A stretch of 64,000 nt of DNA from Phoronis australis. Taxonomy: Eukaryota; Animalia; Phoronida. The translations under genes and the position numbers were made by a program. Shown here piece by piece: positions 37,786 through 52,870 of this stretch. The stretch covers positions 28,140 through 92,139 of the forward strand of contig NMRA01000118.1 in assembly GCA_002633005.1 (NCBI GenBank). The letters are read 5' to 3'. Numbering within the stretch: the stretch's first letter is position 1; every line of letters begins with the position of its first letter. Below the pieces are notes generated by a model. That model was given only the letters and a program-made list of their open reading frames with translations. It did not search any database and had not been told where the DNA came from.

Positions 37786-40607
37786 TTACGTATCGTCAAA
37801 AGTCTGTTTGTGACGTTCATTCTTGTTACTACTGACTTGCCGAAGCCAACTTCTGAGGACGGAGTATTCTGAAAAGTCGGAGATGTCAATGATGTCAACA
37901 GGTGCTATTTGCTCGGAGACCCATGAGCTAAGAGCATGTGTGCAAATGCGTTGCACCTAACTTAAATTAAGCTGTTCACTGTTTAAACACAATTATACTG
38001 TCAACCATAGTTGAAAGATAGGTGGTTTAAAATGTTTTAAACCAACGACTTGTCAAAAATTACATTTAGAAGATGTCCACCCTGCCAAGTTATACCTTGG
38101 TAACATAAACGGTTTCTCAATGCTAATAAGACTGATCTGTTACCAAGAATCAAATTCATGAATATTTTTTTAAAGTGCTTAAAACCACCATTTACCTTAT
38201 TTCGACAAATGAACACAATGCCACATCATAAAACCTTCCTCTACAGCACTTCTCTAAAAATATCAGCACAGCCTCGGATATCGCTTCCTAGGTTCTCACT
38301 CACTAGTAAGACCGAGCTCAAAGGAGTAGGAGGAACCTCTGTGCAATACTCGATTGTGTGCCAGTGAAGCCATGATTCGAATCCGGGTCTCTCCACTGAG
38401 CCTTTATAGCACTGCGTATCAAAATCGTAAATCCATTGTCCCCCAAAACGAGAAAATAGAAAAAAGCGACTGCAACTGAAAGTTTTTTAGCTCCACGGAC
38501 ATAAGTGTCACGTATGAACGTACCCAACTCCATTGTGTCGTGTCCAACAACACGTGAGTTTCCTATATAGACTTGTACCATATTTGCGCTTCTGCGGTGC
38601 CCAGCGGGAAAGTGGAAAGAGTCGCAGCGGGGTCAATTACTAATTGCCACTGCCACCATAAACGAAACGCCTCGCACTTCCTTATTATACCATAAACCAC
38701 AGGAAAACCAGCAGCGACATCTGATGAGTTTTCACACAAAACACATTGGAGGGTGACTAGTGCTGTGATTGGTTGTTACAATTTTACGTAGTATGTTTTG
38801 ACCAATAGATGCCCGTAACTCGAAATCAGCTAACAAACATATCGTCACATAGTTTTGGGATGTTCCAGTTTGATGGCTCATCGACTGGAGGGTTGCTTTT
38901 AGTTTTTGTTTTCAATGTGAAATTGGTGATTTTAAGCACTTTAAGTGTTGATGGTAGACCCGTAAAAATACGTATTTTTAAAACCCTTAATGATTACAGA
39001 TTTATGTTATACATATACGCACAAAAATAATGCACTTGTGGCTTTGTTTTTGTTCTAAAAATCTTGATTGTTCAGGGAAATCGCTTTTATCTCGAACATG
39101 AAGTTTTTGCACAAAACTTGAAAACTATGTTTTTGTTTATTCTAGTAGCTACAAACTATTATCTGGGGTTTTCTTTCAAGGACTCTTATTTCGAAAACTC
39201 GGCTGTCAAAAAACGAAAATGTCACCATTCCAGTAAAAAGGACAGTATTTTTTGACAGCTGAGTTTGATAGAGATTCATAATTTGTTGGAAATAACATAA
39301 CAGATCGAAAGATTAGACATTCGAATATTGATCGGCTGAACGGAGATTCTAACCAGTCCAATGAGCTGACGGCCTGCAGTAAATGGAACGAAAACGCTTT
39401 CAAAGCTTTCAAATCATTTTCATTGCACCATACGCAACAAGAAGTACCCAATTATACGCGCTGACGTTACATACCTGTTGAGGGGGGTCAACCCTTTTCC
39501 CTGCCTGCAACAGAAAATGTATTTATCAAAAGTTTGTTAAAATCAGAAGCAATTTCATCAACAAAGTTGTGAAGTTTGCCGAATACCCAGCGGCAAGCAT
39601 CCAGTAATTTGTTAAGCATAAGAGGGACCTGCTTTCACCATGTGTCCTGAATATTTGACGGAAAACACGTGATTACGGTTGTTATCACAGCATTTCTCGC
39701 ACGACTTTCTTTTTGTCGTTAAACCAGGACTAGTTCTTCATGTCACCTGAGTGTTTCGTGCATCGATTTCGTTTTACCAGGAAATTTTGATTTATTTTTA
39801 TTTTCACTATCCCATGTTTTTCTTATAACACCAATTCTGAACTTTCCTCACCAAATCTTCATATACGTACTTTGTGCCGCAGAGAAACACTTTACACATT
39901 TAAAAGAATGTAGCTTCGTCTGCAGTGCTTCTTTGTAGACGACAAAGATATTTTTGAAAAGCCAATACCTTACATACTTTTTGGTAATTAACACATTTTA
40001 GCACATGTTGAACGCGAGTGTTTCAAATTGGTGGTTTTCAAAACGCAGTTACCTAGTAAAATCCAATACACAAATGGCGATGGAAGGACACGACAGTTGT
40101 GCGAAATGAAACAAGAGTGCTGTATAACGAGTTGGCGATGTATTCAAATTGTTTTAAGAATTACGTTACTCATGTGGTGCCCTCTATTGGATGCATTTTT
40201 CTGTAGAATATTTTTGAAGTAATCCATAACTCGACAGGTCATCCCTGTTGGTATCCTTTCTATAACATCGCGGTTCGCCCTGTTCAGTTCACAGACATTT
40301 CCTCTTCCACCCTGTTCAGACTTCAGCCTTAAATTATTACCCCATAACAAATCGCCGCGAGGGACCAGATCCAAAGAATATGGTGGCCAGACGGTAAGAT
40401 CAGACGCAAAGCTCGCAGTACGAGACGTGGCTCCATCCTACAGAAACCAAACTTTAAGACCAGTAGTGTACCTCAACCTAGTCTCCATAGACTTCTTAAC
40501 ATTTCAACATACCGATCAGACGTCACAGCAACGCTGTTGCCTTCTTCCTCGAAGGTAAAATGCGCTTCTTCCCTGAACGGGTGGATGACGGTATCTTCAG
40601 GAACCAT
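37786..40607 (-). other. Tentative spliced transcript or orphan gene (exons 40513-40607, 40341-40437, 39475-39504, 38304-38411, 37786-37956)
   Basis: Strong splice sites around a 75-nt intron (40438-40512) and a 30-nt microexon; the chain is open for 166 aa, but I recognise no domain. Confidence 0.3.
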
Positions 40608-43398
40608 TTCAAGAATTTACTTTGAAGCACTCCATTCTCTTTTTCTAAACGTTTGATGTCAACATTGCAACTCATTGTGCAACATCAGATATTTAAATGA
40701 CATTAGAATCACAAATGATAAACGTGTTTTGATGTAAAAAGTGATAAACACGGAAGCAGGTTCACACGTGGTCTAGAGGTGTGCAGCATTGTGGGTATAT
40801 AAGAAGAATCAGAGAGGCGTTTTCGTATTTCAGGACGTATCTATTCTGTGGTGGTATGGGGTTCATGAATGTCAATACAATCAAGAAATTCAAATTTTCA
40901 ACTTCAATTCCTGATCGAGTTACATTTTAGAACCGAGAGCTGAGTACTGCACTGCACAGCACGGTTTTATATCAAAGGTCGTAAGCCTAGCTATAACTAA
41001 AACTCCTGTCACACAGAAGACACGACCGGGTTACAACGGACTTGGAAATGAAATTTTGACGAATCTCAGGACCTCACGATTGATCGTACTACCAACTCTA
41101 CAACTAGTATAAATTTGGCAAGTTCTAAGGTCCAGCTTCAAATAGTAGAATTGTAGTATTTTCTTTCTCTGTACATCCATGTCTTCTGTAAGCATTTCAC
41201 TTTCTTCCACACTATTTGCTGCCGATAACTGAACACTTTCAAAACATTCAGTGGCTGCATGGTGCTGGCCTTTGCCACGACCTTTTCAGGCATATCGCCC
41301 TATACGCTGTGCATTACAGGAAATCTGTATTGTGTTTTTGAAATCTGAAGTTTTCAGCAGCTGCGCTGTTGTAAAACTTTTGATAATACTTTCCGTATAA
41401 GACCCTGACTTCCTACTAGCGTGCGTTCACCCGATGTACACGTCGTTGAAATATATCTTGCATTGAAATAACACTGTTTTAAGAAAACAGGTGGTCAAAA
41501 TTGAGTCGCAAAATAGCTGATATACGAAGTGAAGGTTCACGGTTTCAGACACATGGGTTACGCTTGAAACGTTAAGAGGATTCCTTTCCGTGGATCGCAT
41601 CAAGGTATTAAGATTAGATGAGGCTGAATTGTTTAGTTTTGAGAATATTTGTTCATCAATTGGAGCTGTCTTTCTAAAATACTTTGAACCACGACAGTCA
41701 AGCTTGATAAAGTTGTCTGTCTAGTGTGTTTAAGTACATTCATCTTATAAAAATTTAGCGCCACATTGAGAGTCTCGTTTCTACGACATTTGTAACTAAA
41801 ACAGCGTATGACATTGTAAAATAGACCTGGCATTACTTACGCTTATACGTAAGCGACACATCTGAAAAAAAAACAAAAATCAATGAAACTGTGCCAACGT
41901 CTACACAGTAGTACAAAATAATACAACCAGTTGAAATCATATTGTGTTGACGTAAACATCGTTCCAACATCCTCCGACCAGAAGGTCGATCGGACGTATG
42001 ATGCGCCGCCTGAAAATCTTCTCATGTGAACGTTTTTCAGAACGCTTATCAACTTTAATTCGAAAACATATCAATTTCTATGATACTATTAATAAAAATT
42101 TGAAAATAAGTACGACAACAACTTTTATTTCAAACAATAACCAAAACAATGCCTCCTGCTTCATGAATGGCGGCAACAACGCCTGTTGGAATAATTAAAA
42201 GCTAACTTTGTTTTAATGTCCACGCAGTGGGCAATCATTGCGCAGAATGTATTTCCCATAACCAGGCCTCAAATGGCTAAACCGATCAGCGGCATCTTGA
42301 GGCTTGGGAACGAAACTGGTGAGAGTTGCGAAGACAATGTACAAAAGTTTGACTAATTCGCACTGCCGATAATAATAGATAATATAAAAATGAGTACTGA
42401 TTGGTTTCAATCGGATTACAAGCTTCAATTCCGTGTTTTCTCTCCCGCACTAAGCCAGACCATTTTGTAACCTTCCGTGATGAACCGTCAATTGCCGTTA
42501 TCAATTCGTAATTCATCGGGTTATTCCGCATCATAGTTGACCTTGAACCAGCTCACGTGACTCACTTAGGAGATACGCCGCATGGGACTTTTGGAAAGAC
42601 TTTTGTGTTTGATAGTAAAATTTGTTGCGAACTCGTTGGAGCAGGAGGTTTTCAATGCTATCAAAAGAACAATTGCTCATGATTTGTTGAATCCCTGTTT
42701 TGTGTAAATTTATTGAGGTTTGTATTTGATATGGACGGCTGAAGTGAAGCAACGTGGAAATCCTGGTCCCGAGTGTCATACCTTGTAGTATTATGTATTT
42801 TGGACAATCAGAAGCTGAAGACGCCTGTATCACAGTCCAGGACTAATTTGTAGGAATTATCTCGGTAATTAGTGACATGTGTGTATTTTCGGAGACTGTT
42901 CTTCTGCTCAAGTGAGATTTAATTATTTTTTAAGCATAACAACGTTTTGCTTAAGTCTTAAGTCACCGTCATAAAACAGTCCACAGTGCCAGGTTGCATG
43001 AAATTAAGTTCACTAAAGCTTTTGCGTATTTGTGTCGTTCTTTATTCACAGATGTAATCTTTTACTATCATTTTGATTTTATTGTGAGTTCCTCTTTCAC
43101 TAAATACATTTTCTAATAATTAAAGCCTGAGCCCTTAGATCAATAAAACAAATATCGACTTTGTCCTTAAACTGGAGGCGTTACATGAAAAGATCCCTAA
43201 TTATTTCCAGTAACATTGAGAATTTATCGAAGGATTCACTCGCTCTTTGTATCCAAGTAAAAAATTGACTTAGTAATGAAACCACAGCAGCATAAAAAAG
43301 TCAACCAGTGGTTTCACTAGTCCACAAATACGCAGTAAATTTAGGAACTTAGTTGAGTCCCTAATTATGACTGTTTCATGCAACTGGGCACCGAGGGC

Positions 43399-43400
<2 letters not shown>

Positions 43401-43467
<67 letters not shown>
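43401..43467. repeat. (TG)n microsatellite
   Basis: About 33 perfect TG units. Confidence 0.98.
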
Positions 43468-43468
<1 letters not shown>

Positions 43469-46400
43469 TGTGTTTTAAGCCGTTGGTCAGCCTTAATATT
43501 GATGTGCAAAACGATAACATTCTGACCAATTACATGTGACCAGAGCAGAGGCTAATTACAACTTACGTCACTGGAATGTAGGCTTCTCATGGCCGTCTGA
43601 TTTGGGAAAGGGTGGAAAGAAGGCAGAACAGATGATATATGTGAATTTTTGAAGGCGAATAAGAAAACCCACTTGATAGTACAGCATTTGAACACAGTGC
43701 ATACAAATTAAACACCACTGTTTTCAAACAATAAAGTTGTTAAATTATGTAAATGCAACATTTCTGCCAACTCTTCGTGTTGTTGCAGGTGATAAGTTAA
43801 AGCAGTTTTCACCAGTGCACTTAGTTAAAAAAGACAACCTCACATTCATCACGTTGCTTGGTGATACTAGGATAATATAGTTAACGCGTGGATACTTACC
43901 CGTGGAAACGTCTGATAAGCAGCATGGGAAATAAAAAGGGGATTAGCGGTGATACAGTTGTGCAGAAGAAGCTGCGTGGCCACTGTGTACAATAAATCTT
44001 GCAGTATCAGAGCTTTTAATGAAGACAAAGTCTATAGCGAATTTGAACGATTTCTGAAGTCAATACATTACATCATCGGAAACGAACAACTGCGCCAGTA
44101 GATGTTTCCTGAATTCGTAAACACGAACGAGGAAGCTTTTAATTTTTTTGAATAAAATAGTCGGCGTCTTTTTGAATGTGACAAGCCACATTACTACTTT
44201 TATTAGCATCGCAATGTAATTGCAGGTAACAGGCCTTTAGGTAACAGGCCTGTAGTTGACATTGAAAACAGTTGCTATTTGAATAATTGCACACAAAAAT
44301 AAGAACTTCGATGTCATTGTTCAAATTGCAAGTGTTGCAACAACACTGAAACTATGTATGTATCATGACGTTCATAGAAAAATTCAAACCATGGGCAATG
44401 AGGAAACAAGATATTTTTGAAGATCTGACTCTGCATGCCAAAACTTTGACAACACGACATCTGCGTTAGATGTGCTGCCCATGAGCAAATCAAAATTCAC
44501 TGGGTGGCGGTTGTGAGACAACCCCTATATCTCTATGGTCTTAGCTGAGCCGCGTACCATAACCCAAGGCACTCGCCAGATCTTCTATTGCTTCATTTCA
44601 TTCTTCTAATCGTTTCAGTAGTGGCCCTGAACTGCTATTCAACGCTGGTAAGGTCTTGAGTTAACTTGAGAACCTATCGGAGTGATTTTTGCGTCGTCTT
44701 GCGTGACCTCGCCAAAAAGCAATATCCCTACTTCTGTAAAAGGATTTTCCGCCCACCCTCTATCATAAACGGTACTAGAAGCTTTGCTGATCGTCTTCAT
44801 AAATTTTGTAGCGAGGCACCCTGCCGTATTGAAAGCTACTAGAGCGTGACACTTGTCACGCCAATACAACACTAAAACTTATTCCCAAATTTAGACGTTT
44901 CAGGAGCCTTATGGCTTTTTCGTGCTAAAATTGTGAAACATTCCTTATTGTTTAAGTGTAATTGAATCTGATTGAGCCCTTCCATAATCAAAGTAAGCCC
45001 AGTGGCAATTACTTAGTGTAAAAGTCAAGGCAGTAATAATCTACAGGCAATGTATCATATGTCCACTTTTTTCTGATCTCTGTGAAGTTTAATTTGAAAA
45101 TACACCAATAATCATAATGATCGTTCTCTAGTAATTAACAGAGTCCTTTCTTCATTAACGCAGTTTTTTCTCATGAGCTGTTTTCTTAAACATCGCAATT
45201 CAGTTGTTATGACTCTTTTCGCTTCCCATCAACCGATTTGAATATATCGTGATGACAATTCCTTTTCCATGAACCGAGTTCTTTTCTTATGTACAGCAGC
45301 ATGAATCGGTATTCTACATACAACCTTCGTACCTGTTCATTCAATTATAAAATAAAAGGCAATCATACAGCACATTTGCCACTCTCAAACTATTAATGAC
45401 AAAGATTCATACAAAGATTCATCTACAAAATGTATTTCTTCAGCACACCTCAAAATGTAAAGTTTGAGATGGAACTCGTTTCGCCCTTGGCGTAATCAGT
45501 ACGACGGCGTCCTCTTCCGGCAGTTGGGAGTCCGAGTAAAATCTCCCATGCCGGAGACACGTTAACTTCTTACTCACTCTATGTACTTAAAAGGACGTGT
45601 TGTAGCATTTTTGCACAAATTTACGTCTTTTGGTGTGAGTCAATCTCGGTTTGTTGACGACTAAAGCGTCCTTTAACCCGGAAGTAAATGAACCGGAAAT
45701 CATAGAAGCCCGCGATTAGGGATAACTGTTCGAGAGGAAAGAACGCTGCTCGTAGGAATTGAAATGCGGTCAACAAGAAAAGAACTGAGTCAGTAAGATC
45801 TAAATAGCGGCAAGAATTACAGCTCGTACGAAAACATGCAATGAGAACTGGAAATGAGGGTAAAAGACCGAAACGTCCAGACAAATGCACGTAGCAGAGA
45901 AAGTCGCATTACTCTGTCATTCATGCTTGGTATTTGGTCCAAGTTGGTGTCCACAGACAGCGTCCCCAGCCACCACTGTTTCACTTGTCTGGTCATCTAA
46001 CTTAACTTTGTACCCAGAAGGACCGGTGATTCCCCACATATTGTGCACAACGACATATAGCAATAGATATGTACAATATAAAGTCGTGCGGAAAATGACG
46101 AATTGTATCGAACGAGCGTAGGTTCAAGCATGTACAATGACAATAAAATAACTTGCATGGAAAGGTGTAATATTCCAACCTTTCACTGTTTTAGTGATTT
46201 GTCTTAAAGTAGTATGAAAAAGCAACAGTCTACATCATCGGAGCATTTACTTTTTCTGATGGCACGTTTAGGACTTGGCCTACAGGCGAAATGATATCTA
46301 TTGGAGGCGCGCATTGTTTGTGGTGACCCTTGTAGGCTTGGTCTCTTTGAAATTCAGCCAAGCGTGAAATGAACTGTCAGTCCAATTAGTGGCCCTCAAC

Positions 46401-47465
46401 ATAGACTTAAGAATACCTCGTGAAAAAGCAGGATAACACAATGGTGTCACGCAAAATCATTTTAGTGAAATGCGATTGTTTTGTGAGAATGCACGGGACC
46501 TTACTAGAGTAGTTACGTTGTGAATGTCGGCCACTGGCGTTGCGATGTTTTGAGTAACTACACATCAATATACGACCTGTAAAGCGCTAAGACAAACATA
46601 GAAGTTAGTTGCAATCTGCTTGCTACTTGTGTATATTTAACATACTGTGGAAAAACCTTCGTAAACATGACGACTGTCAACACCGGTATATCATAGTTCC
46701 CGTCCTGAGCCTACAGTTGCTCTGTCACAGTGTCCAAACAAAGCTGTTGCAGACATTGTCGAAAGGCAATACGGGTCGACAAGAAATTTTATAATGTCGA
46801 ATTGTTTCACTTATGGCATGCATAGATTAAGTACTTGAAAAGTTGAGAAAAAAGGCGGCCACCACATCGAGAAAGTCAGTGAATCAGAGTGCAGGAAAAG
46901 ATAGTTAATTGTACCAAAGGAACAGGAGAGAGACATGGTCAGTTTGTTACAACAGCATTTTGTAATAGTAGCAATCTACCTTGCACGTCTTCCGTGAGAC
47001 ATGAAATGAAGAAAAAGAAATCGTTGTTGGCACGGGAAACAATCTGAGATAACTTTCACGAGTTGAATGCAAGAGCCATTTGGCATGAACAGGGCCGTCC
47101 CGGATTACATAGCGACACTCGAGTCTCGCTGAACCCAAAATGTCGTAAACATCCGCCAGGAACATTCGCTGCCTCGTTTTCGTGCCACATGTTATTTGTT
47201 GTTGCCCGATTCTTTACAACTTTTTGTCGGTTGCAGAGACACGAAAATGTACCTGATTTCCAAAACGAGGCCACGCGCTTTCTAGTCTCCGGGACAAAGG
47301 AGAATTCTATCGCCGTGTAATTCGGACGGCCCTTTTAGCTCCAACGTACATGTATATGGTAGAACTCTCGGATTGTGATGCCAACGCACTGTAGATTACG
47401 TGTGGCTGAGGTTGCGTTGCGCATGTGTGGGAAATTGTTGCATTCATTTATTTGAGGTGGTGTTT

Positions 47466-48062
47466 CCAACTTCGTCTCTAAGCCTCAAGATAGCGCTGAT
47501 CGGCTGAGTCATTTTAGGCTTGGTGGGGAGATGCCCTTTTACTGACTGGCCGTAGACAACGTTCACTGACAGGAGTGGCACAATAACCCTTCAAACACTT
47601 GAATCTTGGAATACTTAAATACCACTCTTTGAAGGTTCTTGTCCTTACTTCTTTGATGTGATAAATTTGATTTTTGTTCCAGAAACTAAACCAGATCCAA
47701 AGGCATAACTATTTTCAGACTTTGATGTTGCTAACATTCGTGATTCAGAAGCAGAAGACAAGAAGAGACAAGACAAGACACTGTATTGTTTGAAATAAAA
47801 AGTGTTTACGTCCTTATTGTCAATTTATTTTATTGAAAGCACCACACTTTTACCGCTTTTGAGTTGAAATACATTTTTCAATGATCTAAACCTAAATTGC
47901 TGCATAAATACGGCTCATCGGGATTTGTTGTATTATATTACAGCAAATTTCAGAGTTTATAAAACTTTGTATCACTGATATTCCGGCCGAATAAATTTCC
48001 CTTTTAAAGCCTGAAATGACTAAACCGATCATCGCCATCTTGAGCATTTAGGACGAGGCTGG
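47466..48062. mobile_element. Unclassified TIR element (~55-bp imperfect TIRs); solo related end at ~42263-42319
   Basis: ccaacttcgtc...ctcaagat.gcg.tgatcgg.t.agtcattt.aggctt is mirrored at 48007-48062; no clear TSD. Confidence 0.6.
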
Positions 48063-51000
48063 TGCTGCTTCTTGCTATGAAATATACGGCTTAGGGTGGA
48101 GATTTTGCTTAATACAAACAAAGCAAGTTTAGAACTATTATCACCGAAAACTTTTTCAATACAGACACAGTTTATACATATTTTGAAATATTTTGCAGTC
48201 TAATGGCCTCAAACATTGTCAAACGAAACATCATCTACGTGCAGATTCGAGACGCCGGCAGTGGGTAGCAACGCTACCTAGCGGACAGGCGAAACGTAAA
48301 GCCCTTTACACGTACTGCAATCAGTTCAAAAGTTTACAATTTCCTTAAAATATATACAAGTGGTCAAGCACCACCTGAGCTCTACTACGCTACCAAAATC
48401 GTATACATAGGACAAATAATAACAGATACCAATTTAAAAATAAGTCAGTGGGAAATGTGTCACCTTCTTTATTATTACTGTTCGCAACTCCGTAGCTTTC
48501 AAACCGAGTTCAGGCAAAATCGTGCACAACCAACAACCTACGAATGACATGACTTTTATGCAGTTTGGTTGAAAAACGGTAAAGTGAAGTTTAGTGACAG
48601 AAAAGAATGTGATATTTCCCTATTGGTCAAGTGTTAGCAAATTATTTTTGTTATTATTTGTCTCAGGTACACGATTGTGGTATCGTACTATTGCTCAAGT
48701 GGTGCAAACAGATGATGCTCTATGTGACAAAAACATAGATGAGACTTCTTCTGAAGAAGTTTTAGGTGATCACAGATCTAAACTTACCTCGTTTGTAATA
48801 AACAAACATTTCACCCTAAGTCCTACATGATGTTCCATACCAAGAATCAACACCGGAACCAACGAATGCAAACGAATGTGCGGCGCAATGTTATCAGCCG
48901 CGTGAGATTGAAGTTGGCATTCCATGTCTGGAGATGTTACAAATAAGATCTTAGGCGCACGCGCATTGGAACGAACCAAATTCACTCACTGACGACAAGG
49001 TGCTATCGAGACTCATTTACCTTACCATAAAACCAGGCGACGGCAAGAGCTTCAATAAATACAGCAAATAGCAGTGATATTCTCGAAGCGTGTGTCTTTG
49101 TTTGTCCTAAAAAATAGTTTCACTCTAGGTCCAATATTCCATAGCAGGGCACAGCATCGCAACAAATGAATGCAAACAACCCCTGCGCATGCGCGATTAA
49201 AACCTCAACCACACGTGACTGAAGTTGGCATTCGATTCCTAGATTTCCAAGAGATTCCGAGATAATCAAGTTGAAATTTCGAGATCCTGAGATAATTAAA
49301 AAAGAAACGCACGTCTTTGGGCCACCGTAGCCGGAAATTCACAGTACAAACTCTGCCGGCTTGTCTTATGAAATCTCGGAGGCGCAAGCTCGAACACTGG
49401 AATACATGGGTCACGGGTGGGAGTTGGCATCCCATTCCTAAAGTTCTATATTCTTAGTTAGCAGAAAGTGGGTTGTTGTAGCTGATATTGAAAAGAATAG
49501 AAAAATGATCCAACCGTACTGGCGAAGAATGTACACTAGATCAAATCAGGAAGCGCTGCTGTCCTTTTTAAAATTACTGCGGCATTACACGAGTTAGAGT
49601 AGTACCAAAGCGGAGACTAGAAGCCAGCGATCTATTCCGGCTCTTAAGTAGTGAGAAAAGTGACACCGAATAACTTAGCTACGAAGACTCGCCTTCCCAA
49701 CAAGAACGCGATTTGGTCCTCTCGTCACAATAATTCTCGTTTATTTTTAATTCCAGGTTGATGTCCGTTGCCGGGGTAAAGGCAATGCCGCGAGTAATTA
49801 TCTCAAAGTCCGCGTATAGGCCTAGTGTGCAGGTTTTAGTTGGTGGTAAATGAGTGACTTTCCAAATAAGGAAGTCAGTAGAGTCAGGATCTTTCTATAT
49901 TTTCCTCCTGCAGGAAGCCAAATGCGCGCTGGAACGAGGATGTACATGAGTCCACGAGTTCGAGTTGAGCATGCGTAGCGCGTGGGCACTCGCTTGCTGG
50001 AGAACTAGGTATCATAAACAGGCTGCCTTAAAGTGATATGCAAATTTCTCGTAACTAGCAAAAATAGCGCATGATAATACATTTGTAGCTTTAGTGCGTG
50101 ACTATTGCGGCATTGTTTGGGCACATAGACTTATAGAATATTCATGAAGTTAATTTTTATCCTCCTGGCCTGGGTTTCACTGACCGGCGATAGCAAAATA
50201 AGCGATTGCAACAGCTTTTAAAAGGCTTGAAATATAATCAGAATTTTTAAACTATTTTTTCATTGTATCAAGGTATAACTAACAGCATGGTTGCACTTTG
50301 TGTAAACGAGGCTCACCTGGCAAATTATGGTATCATACTAAAATCATCGGTATTTTAAATGCGCTCCAAAATTAAGCACAGGCGTTTTTCAGGAAGAAAA
50401 CTGATTTTTTGATAATCCTGAACACTTACGGAGTGGCATAATTTTAATTATTACAAAAGGTTTTAAAAATCCTTTTGTAATCTAGTCAACTAATATCCTT
50501 CGAAAAAATGTAGGTTTAAGCAGTTCTTTCTCTCCCGTCCACTTACCTGAGAAACGCATATGAATTCGGTTGTTTTCTCCACCTAATAACGTGTTCAACA
50601 TGGTGGCCCAAACCGTGGACTCGTCTAATACTGAAACTGTTGAGCATGTTTCGTTAGTAGTTTTTGGTAAGACGTATTCGATGATCTTTTTAAGGGTATT
50701 TTGCTGGTCGAGCAAGACGTTACCGAAAAATCGTGTAAGTTAATTCACTGCTAGACCTTAGGACTCACGATGACGGCAAACTGTGGTGAACGATACTTAC
50801 ATTCTGTTGATCCATTGGAAGCAGATAAAATAATTGATAAATCATTGATAAATCAACATAAACAAAGAATATAAAATAAATCCATTGTTGAATGACTTAC
50901 CAACTCAGAAGAATAAAACTCACATGCAATTATGTGGATTTTACGAATTTCAATTTCCAACTACGTTATGTCAATTCAAAGTCTAACTAAATTAGCATGT

Positions 51001-51642
51001 ATGATGCACGATAAAAGCCAGCGCACAGGGAAACGATTTTCCATCAGTGACGACTCCCAAGATTTTGTATCGGTGATAAATTGTATCGTTCATCAGCTCA
51101 CACAACACGACAAGACGTCTTTCGATCAAACATTTCATGATACTTTCCGACAACTTACGATATATTCGCGAATCAGCGCACACAGTCATATTGTCTCCAA
51201 CGAAAATTCGTGACGACTTCCTGCATCTTCAGCTGTTCAAGCAATTCAATTTAAACTCGGAATTTTACTGAGCAAATAGAATTGGATGGCGTTTGTATTT
51301 AAAGCGCTCGGCATTGCCCTCCTTTTACCAAATTGGTCTAAAACTCCAATAGTACAATAATGAATTCGTTACTGTTTATTCATCAATGACTCGAAGAAAC
51401 TCAAATTTGCAACTGTGTCTTATGATGTGTTGTGTGTAGTAAAATTTTCAGTGAAAACACAGTCCAGATGACTGACGTCATGAAGTGCGGTTACTGCAGT
51501 CAGCGAACGCTGATCGCAGTAACTTCGAAGTAAATTTAAATGATCAGTGATCATAATATCACTATTTTGTGGCAAATTATCGGTTATCTCGTGCAAATCA
51601 GTTCAGTAGTTTATGGTCAATATTTTTCATAGTGAGAGAGAG

Positions 51643-52600
51643 NNNNNNNNNNNNNNNNNNNNNNNNNNNNNNNNNNNNNNNNNNNNNNNNNNNNNNNNNN
51701 NNNNNNNNNNNNNNNNNNNNNNNNNNNNNNNNNNNNNNNNNNNNNNNNNNNNNNNNNNNNNNNNNNNNNNNNNNNNNNNNNNNNNNNNNNNNNNNNNNNN
51801 NNNNNNNNNNNNNNNNNNNNNNNNNNNNNNNNNNNNNNNNNNNNNNNNNNNNNNNNNNNNNNNNNNNNNNNNNNNNNNNNNNNNNNNNNNNNNNNNNNNN
51901 NNNNNNNNNNNNNNNNNNNNNNNNNNNNNNNNNNNNNNNNNNNNNNNNNNNNNNNNNNNNNNNNNNNNNNNNNNNNNNNNNNNNNNNNNNNNNNNNNNNN
52001 NNNNNNNNNNNNNNNNNNNNNNNNNNNNNNNNNNNNNNNNNNNNNNNNNNNNNNNNNNNNNNNNNNNNNNNNNNNNNNNNNNNNNNNNNNNNNNNNNNNN
52101 NNNNNNNNNNNNNNNNNNNNNNNNNNNNNNNNNNNNNNNNNNNNNNNNNNNNNNNNNNNNNNNNNNNNNNNNNNNNNNNNNNNNNNNNNNNNNNNNNNNN
52201 NNNNNNNNNNNNNNNNNNNNNNNNNNNNNNNNNNNNNNNNNNNNNNNNNNNNNNNNNNNNNNNNNNNNNNNNNNNNNNNNNNNNNNNNNNNNNNNNNNNN
52301 NNNNNNNNNNNNNNNNNNNNNNNNNNNNNNNNNNNNNNNNNNNNNNNNNNNNNNNNNNNNNNNNNNNNNNNNNNNNNNNNNNNNNNNNNNNNNNNNNNNN
52401 NNNNNNNNNNNNNNNNNNNNNNNNNNNNNNNNNNNNNNNNNNNNNNNNNNNNNNNNNNNNNNNNNNNNNNNNNNNNNNNNNNNNNNNNNNNNNNNNNNNN
52501 NNNNNNNNNNNNNNNNNNNNNNNNNNNNNNNNNNNNNNNNNNNNNNNNNNNNNNNNNNNNNNNNNNNNNNNNNNNNNNNNNNNNNNNNNNNNNNNNNNNN
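51643..52600. other. Assembly gap (958 N), preceded by a short GA repeat
   Basis: Run of n. Confidence 1.
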
Positions 52601-52663
52601 AAAAAGTTGAGTTCACGATTTTGGGAACTGAAATAGGGACTGCTCGAAGAAAAAGTTTCATAA

Positions 52664-52870
52664 CGGGAGTATTTGTTCGAGTTGAAAGGAATTAAACACA
52701 CCGACAACCTCCTAAGGTGTTCCTCTATGCGCAAAAGGTAGTTGTAACAACGTGACTTTGATGGTTTAGTCGGTGCGAGGCATAATTCGCCGAAAAGCTT
52801 CCGGCGTACAGAGCGCCTATAGCCTCTACATCGCCTCTGCTTCGGGCCAACAGAGGCGATGGTCATTGCC
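52664..52870 (+). repeat. Dispersed repeat, copy 1 (copy 2 at ~62727-62940)
   Basis: Shared cgggagtatttgtt, cctcctaaggtgt, ctttgatggttta and ggcataattcgccgaaaagcttccgg. Confidence 0.75.

Noticed and set aside
44639-44872. 77-aa minus-strand ORF with a possible acceptor
   Set aside because: No recognisable motif or partner exons
51569-52866. Four long ORFs (344-422 aa) in the ORF track
   Set aside because: Artefacts of translating through the N gap
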